A DNA stretch of 64,000 bases, from contig MHXH01000017.1 in assembly GCA_001824435.1 (NCBI GenBank), forward strand, positions 335-64,334, in the 5' to 3' direction. Source of the DNA: Parcubacteria group bacterium RIFCSPLOWO2_01_FULL_48_18. GTDB lineage: Bacteria > Patescibacteriota > Minisyncoccia > UBA6257 > WO2-01-48-18. A program made the translations under genes and the position numbers. A model generated the notes under the pieces. The model saw only the letters and a list, made by a program, of their open reading frames with translations. It did not search any database and was not told the origin of the DNA. The first letter of the stretch is position 1, and each line of letters opens with the position of its first letter. Of this stretch, positions 51,998-63,302 are shown in pieces.

Positions 51998-52363
51998 AAA
52001 AATAAAATAAAGACAAAAAAAACTAACGCGCGCAAAACATCTCGTCGCTATGTGGTACGATTATTCAATTAGTGGCAATATGAGAATCAGCCACCATAAG
52101 TAGTATTAAATTATCTTAAATTATAACTGATGAGGGGAAATTGTCAAGGCCCCCCAAAAAAGGGGTTATGTGAATAACTTTATTTCCTATAAACGGACAC
52201 GTGATGACCGAATCCCGATATGACCACCCGACCAACTCGGGACATTAAGAAGTTATATAATCCGCTATTCGCCCCCTGGCCGCTTGCCACCGACAACAAC
52301 ATCTGCTCGAATCCTCCGCCGGATGGCGAAACAAAAACAGAGGTAGCGACACCTCTGCGAATA

Positions 52364-53311
52364 TCAATACGCGGTTGTACGAAAAACCGGCTGGAACCTT
52401 TCCGTTAATTTCTCACATACGGGGTTAAAGATACAACGCGGGCAGTCTGGCTCGCTCATTTCTGGACAGTACTTGCGGGCCATCCACATTGTCTCGTCTA
52501 ATTCCATAAGAGAGCGTCCTGATTTTTCCATAACCATGCGCAGGGCTTCACAAACTTTCAGCCGTATATCGCGTTCCGCTTCATCACCTACCCATGCGCG
52601 TTGAACATTTTTTGCAATCTCTTGACGGGACAGCTCTACAAGCCCAACGCGAAGCGCAAGACGCATCAAGTGGTAGTCAATAATTGGACGCCAGTTACGC
52701 GAATCGGCCACGCGGAGAAATCGTTCCGGTCGATTGGCCAATGCCATCGCCAAAAGCATATTTCTTTTTTCAAGAGGATCTTGATCATAACCGGGAACTT
52801 TTTTTATCTGCTCCAGAAATGATCGGAGGGGCTCTTTGGCCTCGTTTGCGCGACGCAGTATGTCGTCTGGCAGGGTCTTCCGGAAAACAAACCAGCTGCC
52901 GTACTTTCTCGTAGTGTGCAATCTCTGCATAAAATCAAAAAGGGGAATGGGGCCTTTGTCGTCTCGGAAAAACTCATACCGTAACCCCCGGTGCAAAATC
53001 ACTGAAAGGCGGTGCGGCAGAAAATTCTTCCAGTCCGTGTCGTAAACCTTCTTTAGGGCTCTTGTTAACAAATCCGATCCCTTATATTCGATGCCGTTAA
53101 TCGTTCCATAAATCGGGCGCACGTACCCAAAGTCATCTCCTAGCCAAAAGCCGTAATCGTGAAGCATCAAGAAGAAGAAAAAATGTACTGCGCCCGGGTG
53201 ATGCGGTGGCGGGAAAGCATCACCGCACCAATCCATACCCCGAAATTCAAGCTGTACCCCCTTCAAGAACTCGCTGACCTCTTCGATTTGATCCATGCAA
53301 ATACGCGCCAT
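52364..53311 (-). CDS. queuosine-salvage (Qng1/DUF2419-like) family protein, tentative
   Basis: FFLMLHDYGFW-type segment resembles the DUF2419 family; from memory only. Confidence 0.35.
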   Translation of the reverse strand: MARICMDQIEEVSEFLKGVQLEFRGMDWCGDAFPPPHHPGAVHFFFFLMLHDYGFWLGDDFGYVRPIYGTINGIEYKGSDLLTRALKKVYDTDWKNFLPHRLSVILHRGLRYEFFRDDKGPIPLFDFMQRLHTTRKYGSWFVFRKTLPDDILRRANEAKEPLRSFLEQIKKVPGYDQDPLEKRNMLLAMALANRPERFLRVADSRNWRPIIDYHLMRLALRVGLVELSRQEIAKNVQRAWVGDEAERDIRLKVCEALRMVMEKSGRSLMELDETMWMARKYCPEMSEPDCPRCIFNPVCEKLTERFQPVFRTTAY

Positions 53312-53417
53312 CTGGCCTCGCTGCTTTTATTGATACAAGAGGAACTAAAACCAGCATAAACGCCCATTAAAAGAAAAACAAGGGGGTGTAATACCTAACG
53401 CTTTTCGCGGCCGCATG

Positions 53418-54467
53418 TTAAACGCCGAGGTATACTGCTCGATTCTCGTTGTGTTCATCAAGCGTTTTGCTAAAAATAGTGTCTCCTGTTTTGGGATCGG
53501 AAAGATAATACCAGAACGCGGAAGGGGCCGGTTCAAGAGCTGCCTCAATCGCAGAGATGCCTGGATTAGCGATGGGGGCCAAAGGCAAACCGCTAAACTT
53601 ATACGTATTGAAGGGGGAGTCGATGTCCAGATCGGCCCTTGCCACTAATCGTTTATCGCAGCTCGAAAGCTTTCCCAAACATTTCGCGTAGCTCAAGCTG
53701 GCATCAACCTGGAGGGGCATTCCCGCGCCAAAACGCTTCCATAAAATTCCGGAAACAATGCGTCGGTCCTTGTCGGTTAAAACCTCTCGCTCGATCAAAG
53801 ACGCCATCGTCAAAACCTCATAGAACGAAACGGGCGTACCGCCTAGAACGACAAACTCCTCTTTATATATATGTTTGGTTTTTTGGGAGAAACGGCCCAA
53901 AAACTTCATCGTTATTTCCCGAAGATCACCGCCAAGAAAAAATTCATACGTATCGGGAAACAAAAAACCTTCAAGCGACTGTGCCGCTGCCAAAAAACCG
54001 TACTGACTCCCCAATGTCTCGACGGGAAAATGTTCAAACGCTCCCGCCTCGATAATGCCGTTCGCAACAAGTTTTTCTTCTATATCTTTAAGCGTGAGAC
54101 CTTCGGGAATAACAAGGCGAATCGTATTTTCCTGCCCATCGTAAAGTACCTTACTAATGGTAGCGATGGACATGCCGGAATCCAATTCATAAACACCTGG
54201 TTTCAAATACGCTCCGTGTCCCGCTGCAACCGCATACAACTCAAAAACCAAGCGGCTGCGGATAACCCCGGTCTCCCGTAAACGAAAGGCAATATCCCGA
54301 AGGCCGTCTCCCTTCGCTACCGTAAACCGCGTCGTCTGCGCCCCGGGAGAAAATAACGGCGCATACACCAGATAGAAGAAATAAGAAAAACAAAGGGCGC
54401 ATATGCCAAGAACCGCGGCCCCTGCAAAAAATAGGGATTTCTTTTGCGTGCTATACATGAAGGTCAT
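53418..54467 (-). CDS. mltG: endolytic murein transglycosylase (YceG family)
   Basis: N-terminal TM, LFPDTYEF, SLIEREV and QVDASL segments. Start at MTFMYSTQ, overlapping the upstream stop by 4 nt. Confidence 0.75.
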   Translation of the reverse strand: MTFMYSTQKKSLFFAGAAVLGICALCFSYFFYLVYAPLFSPGAQTTRFTVAKGDGLRDIAFRLRETGVIRSRLVFELYAVAAGHGAYLKPGVYELDSGMSIATISKVLYDGQENTIRLVIPEGLTLKDIEEKLVANGIIEAGAFEHFPVETLGSQYGFLAAAQSLEGFLFPDTYEFFLGGDLREITMKFLGRFSQKTKHIYKEEFVVLGGTPVSFYEVLTMASLIEREVLTDKDRRIVSGILWKRFGAGMPLQVDASLSYAKCLGKLSSCDKRLVARADLDIDSPFNTYKFSGLPLAPIANPGISAIEAALEPAPSAFWYYLSDPKTGDTIFSKTLDEHNENRAVYLGV

Positions 54468-55552
54468 CGCATTCTCGTGGCGACGCTTTGAACAACTCCC
54501 AAAATTGCCATACTGATCAAGATGCTCGATCCGCCGTAACTGATAAGCGGCAGCGTCACGCCGGTAACCGGCACAAGGCCGATATTCGACCCCACGTTCA
54601 GAAAAAACTGGATCATAAACAACCCTGCCGCGCCCAAGCAAAACAATTTCGAAAAATTGTCTCCCGTGAAATAAGCTATGACCAGAATCCGATAGATCAT
54701 AAAACCAAACGCTCCGATAAGAAAAAGGGCACCGACGAGTCCCCATTCTTCCGCAATTCCGGCAAAGATAAAATCCGTCTTCGCCTCCGGCAGGAAGCCG
54801 TACTGAACTTGCGTTCCCTTTCCCACTCCCTTCCCCAAAAAACCGCCGGAGCCAATCGCTATTTTCGACTGGATAATATTATAACTCGCGCCGAGGGGGT
54901 CATACATAGGAAACAGAAAACTCAAAATTCTTTCCTTTTGATACTCTTGAAGGAAGCCGTGCCAAAAAATAAACGACAGAACGCAAAGCGCAACTCCTAC
55001 TATTGCTAAATGCTTTATGGTAATACCGCTAACGAGAACCATCACCAACCATAGAAAAACCAAAATAACGATAGAGCCCAAATCAGGCTGCCGCGCGATA
55101 ATAATTGCGGGCACTGCCGCAAAAAGAACCGAGCCGAACAAATTTCTGGCCAGCGCGATTTCAACATGCCGGCGAGAAAAATATTTCGCCCACGCCAAAA
55201 GCAAAACAAACTTTAACAATTCTACCGGCTGGAATTGCAATGGCCCCAATACAATCCAAGCATGAGCGCCCCTTATTTCGGGGCCGGCGAACGTCAACAG
55301 GAGCAACACTATCGAAAACGCATACGCAGCAAGAATGGGCCACGTGTGACTTATAAGAATTCTGTAATCGAACCTTGAAAAAAAGAAAAATGCAGCGAGT
55401 CCGATCAAAAACCAGGTCAATTGTTTATATAAATGAACGAATTGCGGATTGTCGCGATAAGAAAAGCCACCAAGCGTTACCGCGCTTAGCGCCATCAGTA
55501 AAAAAAGAGCGAGCATAAGAGGCCAATCGAGTCTTTTAAAATACGATAGCAA
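54464..55552 (-). CDS. SEDS family peptidoglycan polymerase (RodA/FtsW)
   Basis: 10-TM protein with PEAKTDFIF and GSSILISM signature segments. Confidence 0.85.
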   Translation of the reverse strand: MLSYFKRLDWPLMLALFLLMALSAVTLGGFSYRDNPQFVHLYKQLTWFLIGLAAFFFFSRFDYRILISHTWPILAAYAFSIVLLLLTFAGPEIRGAHAWIVLGPLQFQPVELLKFVLLLAWAKYFSRRHVEIALARNLFGSVLFAAVPAIIIARQPDLGSIVILVFLWLVMVLVSGITIKHLAIVGVALCVLSFIFWHGFLQEYQKERILSFLFPMYDPLGASYNIIQSKIAIGSGGFLGKGVGKGTQVQYGFLPEAKTDFIFAGIAEEWGLVGALFLIGAFGFMIYRILVIAYFTGDNFSKLFCLGAAGLFMIQFFLNVGSNIGLVPVTGVTLPLISYGGSSILISMAILGVVQSVATRMR

Positions 55553-55623
55553 GGCGCTTAGCGTTTAGAATTCGCTTGGCAAGCTCATAATAAACTATGC
55601 GCTAACCGCTATACCCTAAACGC

Positions 55624-56397
55624 TTATTGTATCACCTCCGGTTCCACGTCGATGTGCGAGAAATCGACACCCCGGAAGTCAATGAATTGTGAAGGAACAA
55701 TCATGCGTAGCGCACGTTCCTCTTTGGGAATAAGATCATTCAATTCGGTTTTCGACACCAATACCGGCAAACCCGCGCGATCAAAAACTACTGCCTTCAC
55801 CCGTACGCGCGACAGTTTAACCGGCGCCGAATTAACCACAAAACCGGTAAGCTCGACAAACCTATTCTCACTCATGAACTGTGCCGTAATCGCTCGGGTT
55901 TCCAATGCAAGCCGCTTCGGCAATCGCTCCGGCGGCTGCCAATCAATTTCTCTAATATCAAGGGAAACGCTCGTCACCTCTCTGTAATCTACGGGAGATG
56001 CGACATCAATAAGATATTTCGTTTCCCCGGGAAAAATAAATGACTCTCCTGCCACCGATTGCAATTTAATGCCGAACGGGCCAAAGACCCGAAATTCATA
56101 TGCGAACCTCTTCGCGCCCGCATCGAGATTCAGATTTCGAATCTTAGCAGCAACCGATACCTGCGAGTGGCTTACCGGAAATACATTTTCCCACATAACC
56201 TGCGGCGCTAAAATCCGTTTAATCAAGCACGGCATACATACACCGCCACAATCCACGTCGGTTTCATTCTGATTCCGCACATCATCAAAACAAGTTGGAT
56301 CGGGCCTGAAAGAAATTACAACTACCGCAATAACGCCAAACCAGATGCACGCATACAACAATCCGTATACGACCTGTTTGAGAAACCGCTTATTCAT
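55624..56397 (-). CDS. hypothetical membrane-anchored protein (257 aa)
   Basis: N-terminal TM helix; ORF track. Confidence 0.45.
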   Translation of the reverse strand: MNKRFLKQVVYGLLYACIWFGVIAVVVISFRPDPTCFDDVRNQNETDVDCGGVCMPCLIKRILAPQVMWENVFPVSHSQVSVAAKIRNLNLDAGAKRFAYEFRVFGPFGIKLQSVAGESFIFPGETKYLIDVASPVDYREVTSVSLDIREIDWQPPERLPKRLALETRAITAQFMSENRFVELTGFVVNSAPVKLSRVRVKAVVFDRAGLPVLVSKTELNDLIPKEERALRMIVPSQFIDFRGVDFSHIDVEPEVIQ

Positions 56398-56705
56398 TTT
56401 TCTATTCTAGAACCGGCCTCGATAATAGTAAACTCCCCCCATTGGGGCCTGCTTGAAAAATCCCGCCTACCCTGCCTACCCCGTCTGCCGGCACGCAGAC
56501 GACAAGACATATTTCAGAATATACCAAAATCTACGGATTAAGAAAGTCACTACAATATAACACCCGGCAACAACGAGATTAAAATCAAAAATTTCATGAA
56601 ACTAAAAGCCGCTTGAATCGTTATATAATGAAAGAATGTCGTCTATTCTATAGCTTTAAGACAAAGAACGCTCCGGCCGAAATGATCGGGGCGTTTTCAC
56701 TAACA

Positions 56706-58469
56706 ATGCCAAACTATCTAAAATACCTTTTTGCTCTTGCGTTGAAACAGAAACGGTCTGTGAAACTTTTGGCGTTCCTGCTTTTTATAAGCGTGGGCGT
56801 CCGACTCGCAGAGCCCTATCTTTACAAAGTGGTCGTGGACGCTCTCGCCGCCGGACTCATCCAAAAAAATTTCGCGTCGGTCCAGATACAAACGCTCTTT
56901 GCCGCGGTGACAATCTGGTTTATCCTCACGATCATCCTCAACGTCACAAACGCGCAAAAATCATTCTTCGTATGGCATATCGGCAATCGCAGCGCACAAG
57001 AAGTGCAGATAGTCGGTTACCGACGCCTCCTACGGCTCGACTACGCCCGGCACATAAAAGAACACTCAAGCCGATATTCCAAGATCGTTGACGACGCGGA
57101 CGTAAGCATGTGGGAAATGACCAACTGGTGGCTTGGACGCTTTTCGTCCGCCGTTCTGGGTTTTATAGGAATGCTCGTAATCGCACTTTCGGTAAGCTGG
57201 CAAATGACCCTGATCGCGATTTCAATCATCCCGCCGACCCTATGGTTCATCATCCGCCACGTAAAGAAATACGAAGACAAACAAAGAGCCGTAAACAAAA
57301 TGTGGGAAGAAAAACACGAACATCTTTCAGACCAAATTATGAACATCGTAACCTATAAATTGAATCCGCACGAGGACATTTTTATCAAAAGGCATGCGGA
57401 GTATAGCGATCGCGCGAGCGCCGCGCAGTTTGAACTCAACAAAAAATGGCGGCTCGCGGAAATGTTGAATCCCGACGCTCTCGCGCGCTTCCTGGTACTC
57501 GGAGTAGGCATCTTCTTCGTAAAAAACGGGTCAGTCACGCTCGGAACTCTCTTTATGTTCATGGGTCTACTCAACGAAATCTTGACGCCGCTTCACCTAT
57601 TAGGCGATATTCTTCCGCAATACACGAGGCGCGCCCAGCATATCGAGCGATTACTCGACCTTTTGGCACAAGAAGATCGCGTAAGAAATCCAACGCACCC
57701 CATCAGAATTTCTGAAATCAGGGGAGAGATCGCGTTTGACCAAGTTTCTTTTTCTTACGCAAAAGAGGGTGGGGGCTTTGAATTAAGTGACGTATCGTTT
57801 GACATCAAACCTGGCGAGACTACCGCGCTCGTGGGACGCTCCGGTTCCGGAAAAACAACCGTAATGACGCTCCTCACAAGACTGACAGACCCCACGAGCG
57901 GCACGATCACAATCGACGGCATCGATCTGGGGCGTTTCGACCTCGAACAGATTAAAAAGTACGTCGGGACCGTACTGCAGGAAAACGCAATGTACAACGA
58001 AACGGTCGCAGAAAACATCGCCTACGGCGATCCCGCAGCTACGAGAGCAAGAATTATCAGCGCGGCCAAACAGGCGCACGCTCACAACTTCATACAGAAG
58101 CTTCCGAAAGGATATGACACGCTGATCGGAGAGCGCGGCATCCGTCTTTCCGGAGGAGAAAAACAACGAATCGCCATCACAAGGGCCATCCTCAAAAATC
58201 CAAAAATCGTGGTGCTCGATGAGCCGACAAGCGCATTGGACAGCATCACCGAAATGAAGGTTCAGAAAGGATTAAACGAACTCATGAAAGGAAAAACTAC
58301 GCTTATCATTGCGCACCGGCTTTCCACCGTGCGCCACGCAAATACGATCATGGTGCTACAGGACGGAAGAATCATCTGTCGGGGCCCTCACACAAAACTC
58401 ATGAAAACCTGTCCCACCTACAAAACAATGGTCGATCTCCAGGTCAAAGGATTCCTAGCCGATCGGTAG
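56706..58469 (+). CDS. ABC transporter permease/ATP-binding protein (type I exporter, MsbA-like)
   Basis: Six-TM domain then GRSGSGKTT (Walker A), LSGGEKQR (signature), VLDEPTSALD (Walker B). An upstream Met at 56613 is possible. Confidence 0.85.
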   Translation: MPNYLKYLFALALKQKRSVKLLAFLLFISVGVRLAEPYLYKVVVDALAAGLIQKNFASVQIQTLFAAVTIWFILTIILNVTNAQKSFFVWHIGNRSAQEVQIVGYRRLLRLDYARHIKEHSSRYSKIVDDADVSMWEMTNWWLGRFSSAVLGFIGMLVIALSVSWQMTLIAISIIPPTLWFIIRHVKKYEDKQRAVNKMWEEKHEHLSDQIMNIVTYKLNPHEDIFIKRHAEYSDRASAAQFELNKKWRLAEMLNPDALARFLVLGVGIFFVKNGSVTLGTLFMFMGLLNEILTPLHLLGDILPQYTRRAQHIERLLDLLAQEDRVRNPTHPIRISEIRGEIAFDQVSFSYAKEGGGFELSDVSFDIKPGETTALVGRSGSGKTTVMTLLTRLTDPTSGTITIDGIDLGRFDLEQIKKYVGTVLQENAMYNETVAENIAYGDPAATRARIISAAKQAHAHNFIQKLPKGYDTLIGERGIRLSGGEKQRIAITRAILKNPKIVVLDEPTSALDSITEMKVQKGLNELMKGKTTLIIAHRLSTVRHANTIMVLQDGRIICRGPHTKLMKTCPTYKTMVDLQVKGFLADR

Positions 58470-58579
58470 CAACATCAAATCAATAATATATGCTCAACAA
58501 TGCAAAACAGCGGAATGTCCGCTGTTTTCGCTTCTAAAAACCTTTTTCATAATCCCGCACTAATTTTCTGCAATAGTAT

Positions 58580-58695
58580 CCCGGCGAATCCTACTTTCCC
58601 CGGCCACCGAAGCAGCGAGTATCATCAGAGTTTGACGCTTTCACTTCCGTGTTCGGAATGAGAACGGGTGGGTCACGCCAAACTAAATCACCGGG
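58580..58695 (-). rRNA. rrf: 5S ribosomal RNA
   Basis: Minus strand reads cccggtgatttagtttggcgtgacccacccgttctcattccgaacacggaagtgaaagcg...gattcgccggg. Conserved CCCACC..CCGAAC.CGGAAGU core and a terminal helix. Confidence 0.7.
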
Positions 58696-58812
58696 AAGCT
58701 GCTGCAGAAAATTTAGTGCGGGAGGGAGGGATGGGACACACATGACTTAACCGCTGGGAAGTCCAAAATTTTAAGCGGGGCGGGGTCGGAATAAAATGAG
58801 GTGATACCCGCC

Positions 58813-59112
58813 TCAAACTCCATATTCTGCCTGCCTCAAGCTTAAAAGCTCCTCCTCCGCTTCTCTTTTCTTCTTCGATAGTTGATCTAACAGATCGCTT
58901 TCCGCGTCAGTAGCTATTTGAACAAGCTTAAATTCCGTATCCGATATGTCTCCGAATAGGGATTCAAGATTTTGTTTATTCCCTGCAAGCCGCGACAGGT
59001 CGGCAGCAATCAGCTCACGTGCACGCGCAACGACTTGAGCCAATTCTTCGCTTACATATTCTTCATCCGGCAAATGGGCCGGGCGATGTGGTTCACGCAT
59101 TTCTCGACTCAT
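58813..59112 (-). CDS. hypothetical coiled-coil protein (99 aa) in the 23S-5S spacer
   Basis: ORF track only; unusual location. Confidence 0.3.
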   Translation of the reverse strand: MSREMREPHRPAHLPDEEYVSEELAQVVARARELIAADLSRLAGNKQNLESLFGDISDTEFKLVQIATDAESDLLDQLSKKKREAEEELLSLRQAEYGV

Positions 59113-59811
59113 ATATATTTCTTTCTATAGCCACACAAAGTGCAGAAATTCGAACAACAAAGTATTTCCATATATTTCTATAATATTTCCACATATTTCT
59201 GAAATACATTGAAATATGCTTCGCGAAACAAATAGAAATATCCTGTTTTGTATTTGCGCTTCCGTTGCTCCGCAACGGTTGGCTGACGCATTCTCCGACT
59301 GAAACGTCAGGGCTGCCCTTCAATAAATTCAGGGCTAAGTTTCTACGGGATTATTTATTCCGATTCCCCTAATTCACGCTCTCGATCATCCAGTCGAAGC
59401 AATTCATCGTCTATTTCATCTTTCCTTTCCCGGATATCTCTTAACCTTTGGTTATCTCCATCTATGCCAAGGTTTAGTTCAAAATCTTTCATCCGTTGTA
59501 ATTCATTCTCCAGCTCCTCCTTTTTTTACGAATCTCCAACGACCTTTCAGCAATTGTTTGTTTCTCTATTTTTTTGATTTTTCCATGTTAGTAAAACAAA
59601 TAACCTCCCTCGGTATTATATCCTATCAAACCCAGGTTATAAGTTCAACCTCGGGGTTGCTCTGATGAGCAATAGGGCTTCACCGAAGTGTCAATTGTCA
59701 ATTATTACCTCCGATGGGTGTGGGGATTAATTTTTTTGGATTATTAGTACTCCTCGGCTGAAATCCTTACGGATCTTACACCTGGAGCCTATCAGCCAGC
59801 GCTCCGCACTG

Positions 59812-59945
59812 GAATTTCTAATTCCTAATTTCTAATGACTAATCAAATCCAGATTTCGAAATCCCAATAACCAAAATATTAGAAATTGGCCATTTGGGCA
59901 TTGAAACATTGATTAGGAATTAGGTCAATTAGAAATTAGACATTT
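59812..59945. repeat. AT-rich heptamer-array element (aatttct/attagaa units) inserted in the 3'-terminal variable helix of 23S
   Basis: Shares attaggtcaattagaaatt with the copy at 63303-63418. rRNA homology resumes on both sides. Confidence 0.6.
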
Positions 59946-60013
59946 CCGGTGCGAAGCACTGGTTTTTACGTGGTAGTCTTCCACGATCCTCAAACGATAC
60001 CTTATCTTAGGGG

Positions 60014-60047
<34 letters not shown>

Positions 60048-60482
60048 CGTCCGAACATAGCTACCCGGCGTTCCACCTGGTGGCAGAGCCGGCAGACCAG
60101 AGGTTCGTTCATCCCGGTCCTCTCGTCACATAATCACATATCACTATGTGTGCAGACTATATCTTTACCCGTCCAGTCTTCGCCGGTTGGCGAATGGCAG
60201 GTTTGGGTATCGGCGTATTATAGATGTTCAAAAACATCTATCTCCCGGGCACATAAACTTATGTGCTTCGGTCAGTCGTTACGGGGTCAACCCTTCGATA
60301 AACTCAGGGTAACTTCCCACGGTATTAACTCTAGTTCGTTTATCCAAAAGTTTTGGACCGCAAAACTTTTACAAACTAAAGCCTTCACCGTTATTAGCCG
60401 AATTGTCATCTCGCATTACTGCGAGAAGTAGCAATTTTCGTTTACTAGGGACGACTCCCTTCAAGTATCAACGCCTGCGGCA

Positions 60483-60793
<311 letters not shown>

Positions 60794-60872
60794 TTTCACG
60801 TACCCTTTTAAATGGCGAACAGCCATACGCTTCCCACCTTCTCCAGCGGGGCGCTAGGGTGAGCCGACATCG

Positions 60873-61713
60873 TACATTGTTCCGTTATTACTAACAGTGT
60901 GGACTATGTCTTCATCCAATTATTTTTACTTTCAAGTAATGGCGCTGACGTATTAGTCAAATCTTTAAAAATTTGACTCTTCCGAATAAATCGGAAAGTC
61001 TCTACGGGGTTATAACTCAATTTTGTACTTCATTGATGGAATAACTGCATCAGCCAAAAGTTCTCTAAGCCTGGATAAAGATGATTTTTTAAAACGTAAT
61101 CTAAAATAGTTTTTGTCTCTATTTAGGCTAGTTTCTAAATTCATCTTTCTTAAAACTGCGATCAACCTTTTCTGATCACTGACATCGAACTGCTGAGAGT
61201 TCAGATACACATCAGAAGATCTACATCTGCTCCCATCGTCCATATACCAAACCGCTAGACTGACCACATCTAAATTGAGTTCATCCGGAATGATTTTTTT
61301 ACCATTCCGATAAAACATTCTATAAAGTTTAGATAGGCCTTCAAGCTGCCTGGTGTAGAAACGATAGGCAATTCTGTTTCCATTTCCCTTTCTTATTTTA
61401 GGAGCTGAGGCTGAAACATCTTTCAATAACCGATATTTCCAATCAACATATTCTTTTTGATTGTAAGAATGATTGATTTCTAGCAATGCGTTCTTGCTCC
61501 TCGGTAATATACGCAAGTAACCATCTCCCAAAATTGTTCCAATGATCAATGATTTTTGGAATTGAGTTAAACTTCCCACGGCATTGTCCATACGATAATC
61601 GTATCATATGGAGTCCGCCGTTATAAGTCAGATTTTTATTCTTCGAGTACCGAACACATCGTTTCAGTACCGAAAGGTATGACATTGCTGTCATAGCACC
61701 CCGATTTAAGTTA
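60873..61713 (-). mobile_element. Group I intron in 23S near E. coli position ~2500 (peptidyl-transferase loop), carrying a LAGLIDADG homing endonuclease gene
   Basis: Exons ...ggctcggcacct | intron | cgatgtcggctc... match GGCACCU|CGAUGUCGGCUC. Exact splice points are uncertain by 1-3 nt. Confidence 0.65.
61010..61591 (-). CDS. LAGLIDADG homing endonuclease (intron-encoded)
   Basis: Two LAGLIDADG motifs: LIIGTILGDGYL and LAVWYMDDGS. Confidence 0.9.
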   Translation of the reverse strand: MDNAVGSLTQFQKSLIIGTILGDGYLRILPRSKNALLEINHSYNQKEYVDWKYRLLKDVSASAPKIRKGNGNRIAYRFYTRQLEGLSKLYRMFYRNGKKIIPDELNLDVVSLAVWYMDDGSRCRSSDVYLNSQQFDVSDQKRLIAVLRKMNLETSLNRDKNYFRLRFKKSSLSRLRELLADAVIPSMKYKIEL

Positions 61714-61940
61714 AGGTGCCGAGCCTGGCCGTCGATAGGAACTCTCGGGCCAGACTAGCCTGTTATCCCTAGAGTAACTTTTATCCGGTGTCTCCGGCCT
61801 TCCTATGAAGAGCCGTCGGGTCACTAAGTTCTGCTTTCGCACCAGCGCGACTTGTAGGTCTTGCTGTTAAGCCGGCTTTTGCCTTTACGCGTCCAGCTCG
61901 ATTTCCATCCGAGCTAAGCCGACCTTAATAAACTCCTCCG

Positions 61941-62573
61941 TTACTTTTTAGGCAATGTGTTCCCTAATTTGTACTTCAGTGACGGTATGACGTACGAACC
62001 AATAAGTTCTGCGAATTTTTTGGCCGAATCGCTATAAATATAAATTCGCCATCTGTCGTATTGCTTATGTAGTCCAATCTCAACGTCAAACTTTTTCTGA
62101 AGCACGTCCTTTATTAACTCAAGATCTTTCTTGCCATATCCGAGTGCATGAATAATGTAGGTTTTATGCTTTTCGGATTTGTAAGATCCATCATCCATAA
62201 ACCATATCGCGAGTGCCAATGGATCGAGCAACTTCGAAATCAATTTCGGAATTCGTTTCTTCCCGCCCTCATAAAACTGCTGGGCGTAAAAACGAAACGC
62301 CCCAAGAGAATATGTAGAAAACCAGTAGCTGTCTTGTGCTCTCTTTCGCATTTTAACTTGCGGAGTTGTACGAACAAGATTCTTAAATTCCTCATACAAC
62401 CAATTTACATATTCTTTTTGTTTCAAGGAATGTTCTACTTTAAGACGGTATGTTCGACTGCGATTGCTTGTTTCCAAATGACCATCGCCTAAAAGCAATC
62501 CAACAAGAATAGATCTCTGTTTTTTATTGAGTTTCAATTTCTTTTTGAAACTTTCAATCTCGTTTGATCTCAT
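61941..62573 (-). CDS. LAGLIDADG homing endonuclease (intron-encoded); ORF runs ~13 nt into the 3' exon
   Basis: ILVGLLLGDGHL and LAIWFMDDGS. The last codons and the stop lie in exon sequence cctaaaaagtaa. Confidence 0.9.
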   Translation of the reverse strand: MRSNEIESFKKKLKLNKKQRSILVGLLLGDGHLETSNRSRTYRLKVEHSLKQKEYVNWLYEEFKNLVRTTPQVKMRKRAQDSYWFSTYSLGAFRFYAQQFYEGGKKRIPKLISKLLDPLALAIWFMDDGSYKSEKHKTYIIHALGYGKKDLELIKDVLQKKFDVEIGLHKQYDRWRIYIYSDSAKKFAELIGSYVIPSLKYKLGNTLPKK

Positions 62574-62888
62574 TTCATTAGGTTCGCCGCGCGTATCGCA
62601 CGGCCTGCATATCGCTATGCAGTTCGGACCATATCATACAGCTACCGAAATAGCCGTTCTGGCTTGTGGTCTCTGAGGTGTTCCGGGCACAGAACATGCG
62701 CCACGGTTCCCTGCTGATTGTCCGCCGCTCCGATTTTAATCGGAAACCGCTCCAAGATTTTCACCTTCTCGACTAGAAGGTACTTGAAGACACCACGGAT
62801 GTTCCAGCATATACACCAGATTTTCACCGCCGCTTGGCGGTGTCCCCCTGTAGTTCCACGGAGGTGGAACTACGTTTAAGGAAAACGC
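61954..62888 (-). mobile_element. Group I intron in 23S near E. coli position ~2260 (P-loop side of domain V) with 3'-located homing endonuclease ORF
   Basis: Exons ggggcgttttcct | intron | cctaaaaagtaacggaggag match GGGGCGGUCUCCU|CCUAAAGAGUAACGGAGGAG. 5' exon ends in U and the intron ends in G. About 315 nt of ribozyme-like sequence precedes the ORF. Confidence 0.7.
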
Positions 62889-63302
62889 CCCATTTAAACT
62901 GCCCACCAGGCACTGTCCAAACTGGGTTTATGGAAAACCAATTCCCAATTCGTTAGAGCTTACAGTTTTAAAGACGGGTGTTTCATTGGCGGCTCCAGTC
63001 CGCCCGAAAGCAGGCCTTCAAAGCCTCCCCGCTACGCTACGCATTAAAACCATAAGACCAATACCAAGCTACAGTAAAGCTTCTAGGGTCTTTTCGTCTT
63101 GCCGCAGGTACCCCGCGTCTTCACGGGGATCGCATTTTCACCGAGCTCCTCGTTGAGACAGTTGCCCAGTCGTTACGCCTTTCGTGCGCTCCGGAACTTA
63201 CCCGGAAAGGAATTGCGCTACCTTAGAACGATTATAGTTATCGCTGACATTGACGAGGGCTTACAACAGTGAGCCGTACACACCTCACTAAAGTTCGGTG
63301 CT

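Noticed and set aside
59093-59323. 76-aa ORF in the 23S-5S spacer
   Set aside because: Overlaps an ATATTTC/GAAATAT heptamer array. Composition looks like repeat translation.
59640-59700. Hammerhead ribozyme-like CUGAUGA ... GAAG words
   Set aside because: Stems II/III cannot be drawn and GAAG replaces GAAA. Likely chance.
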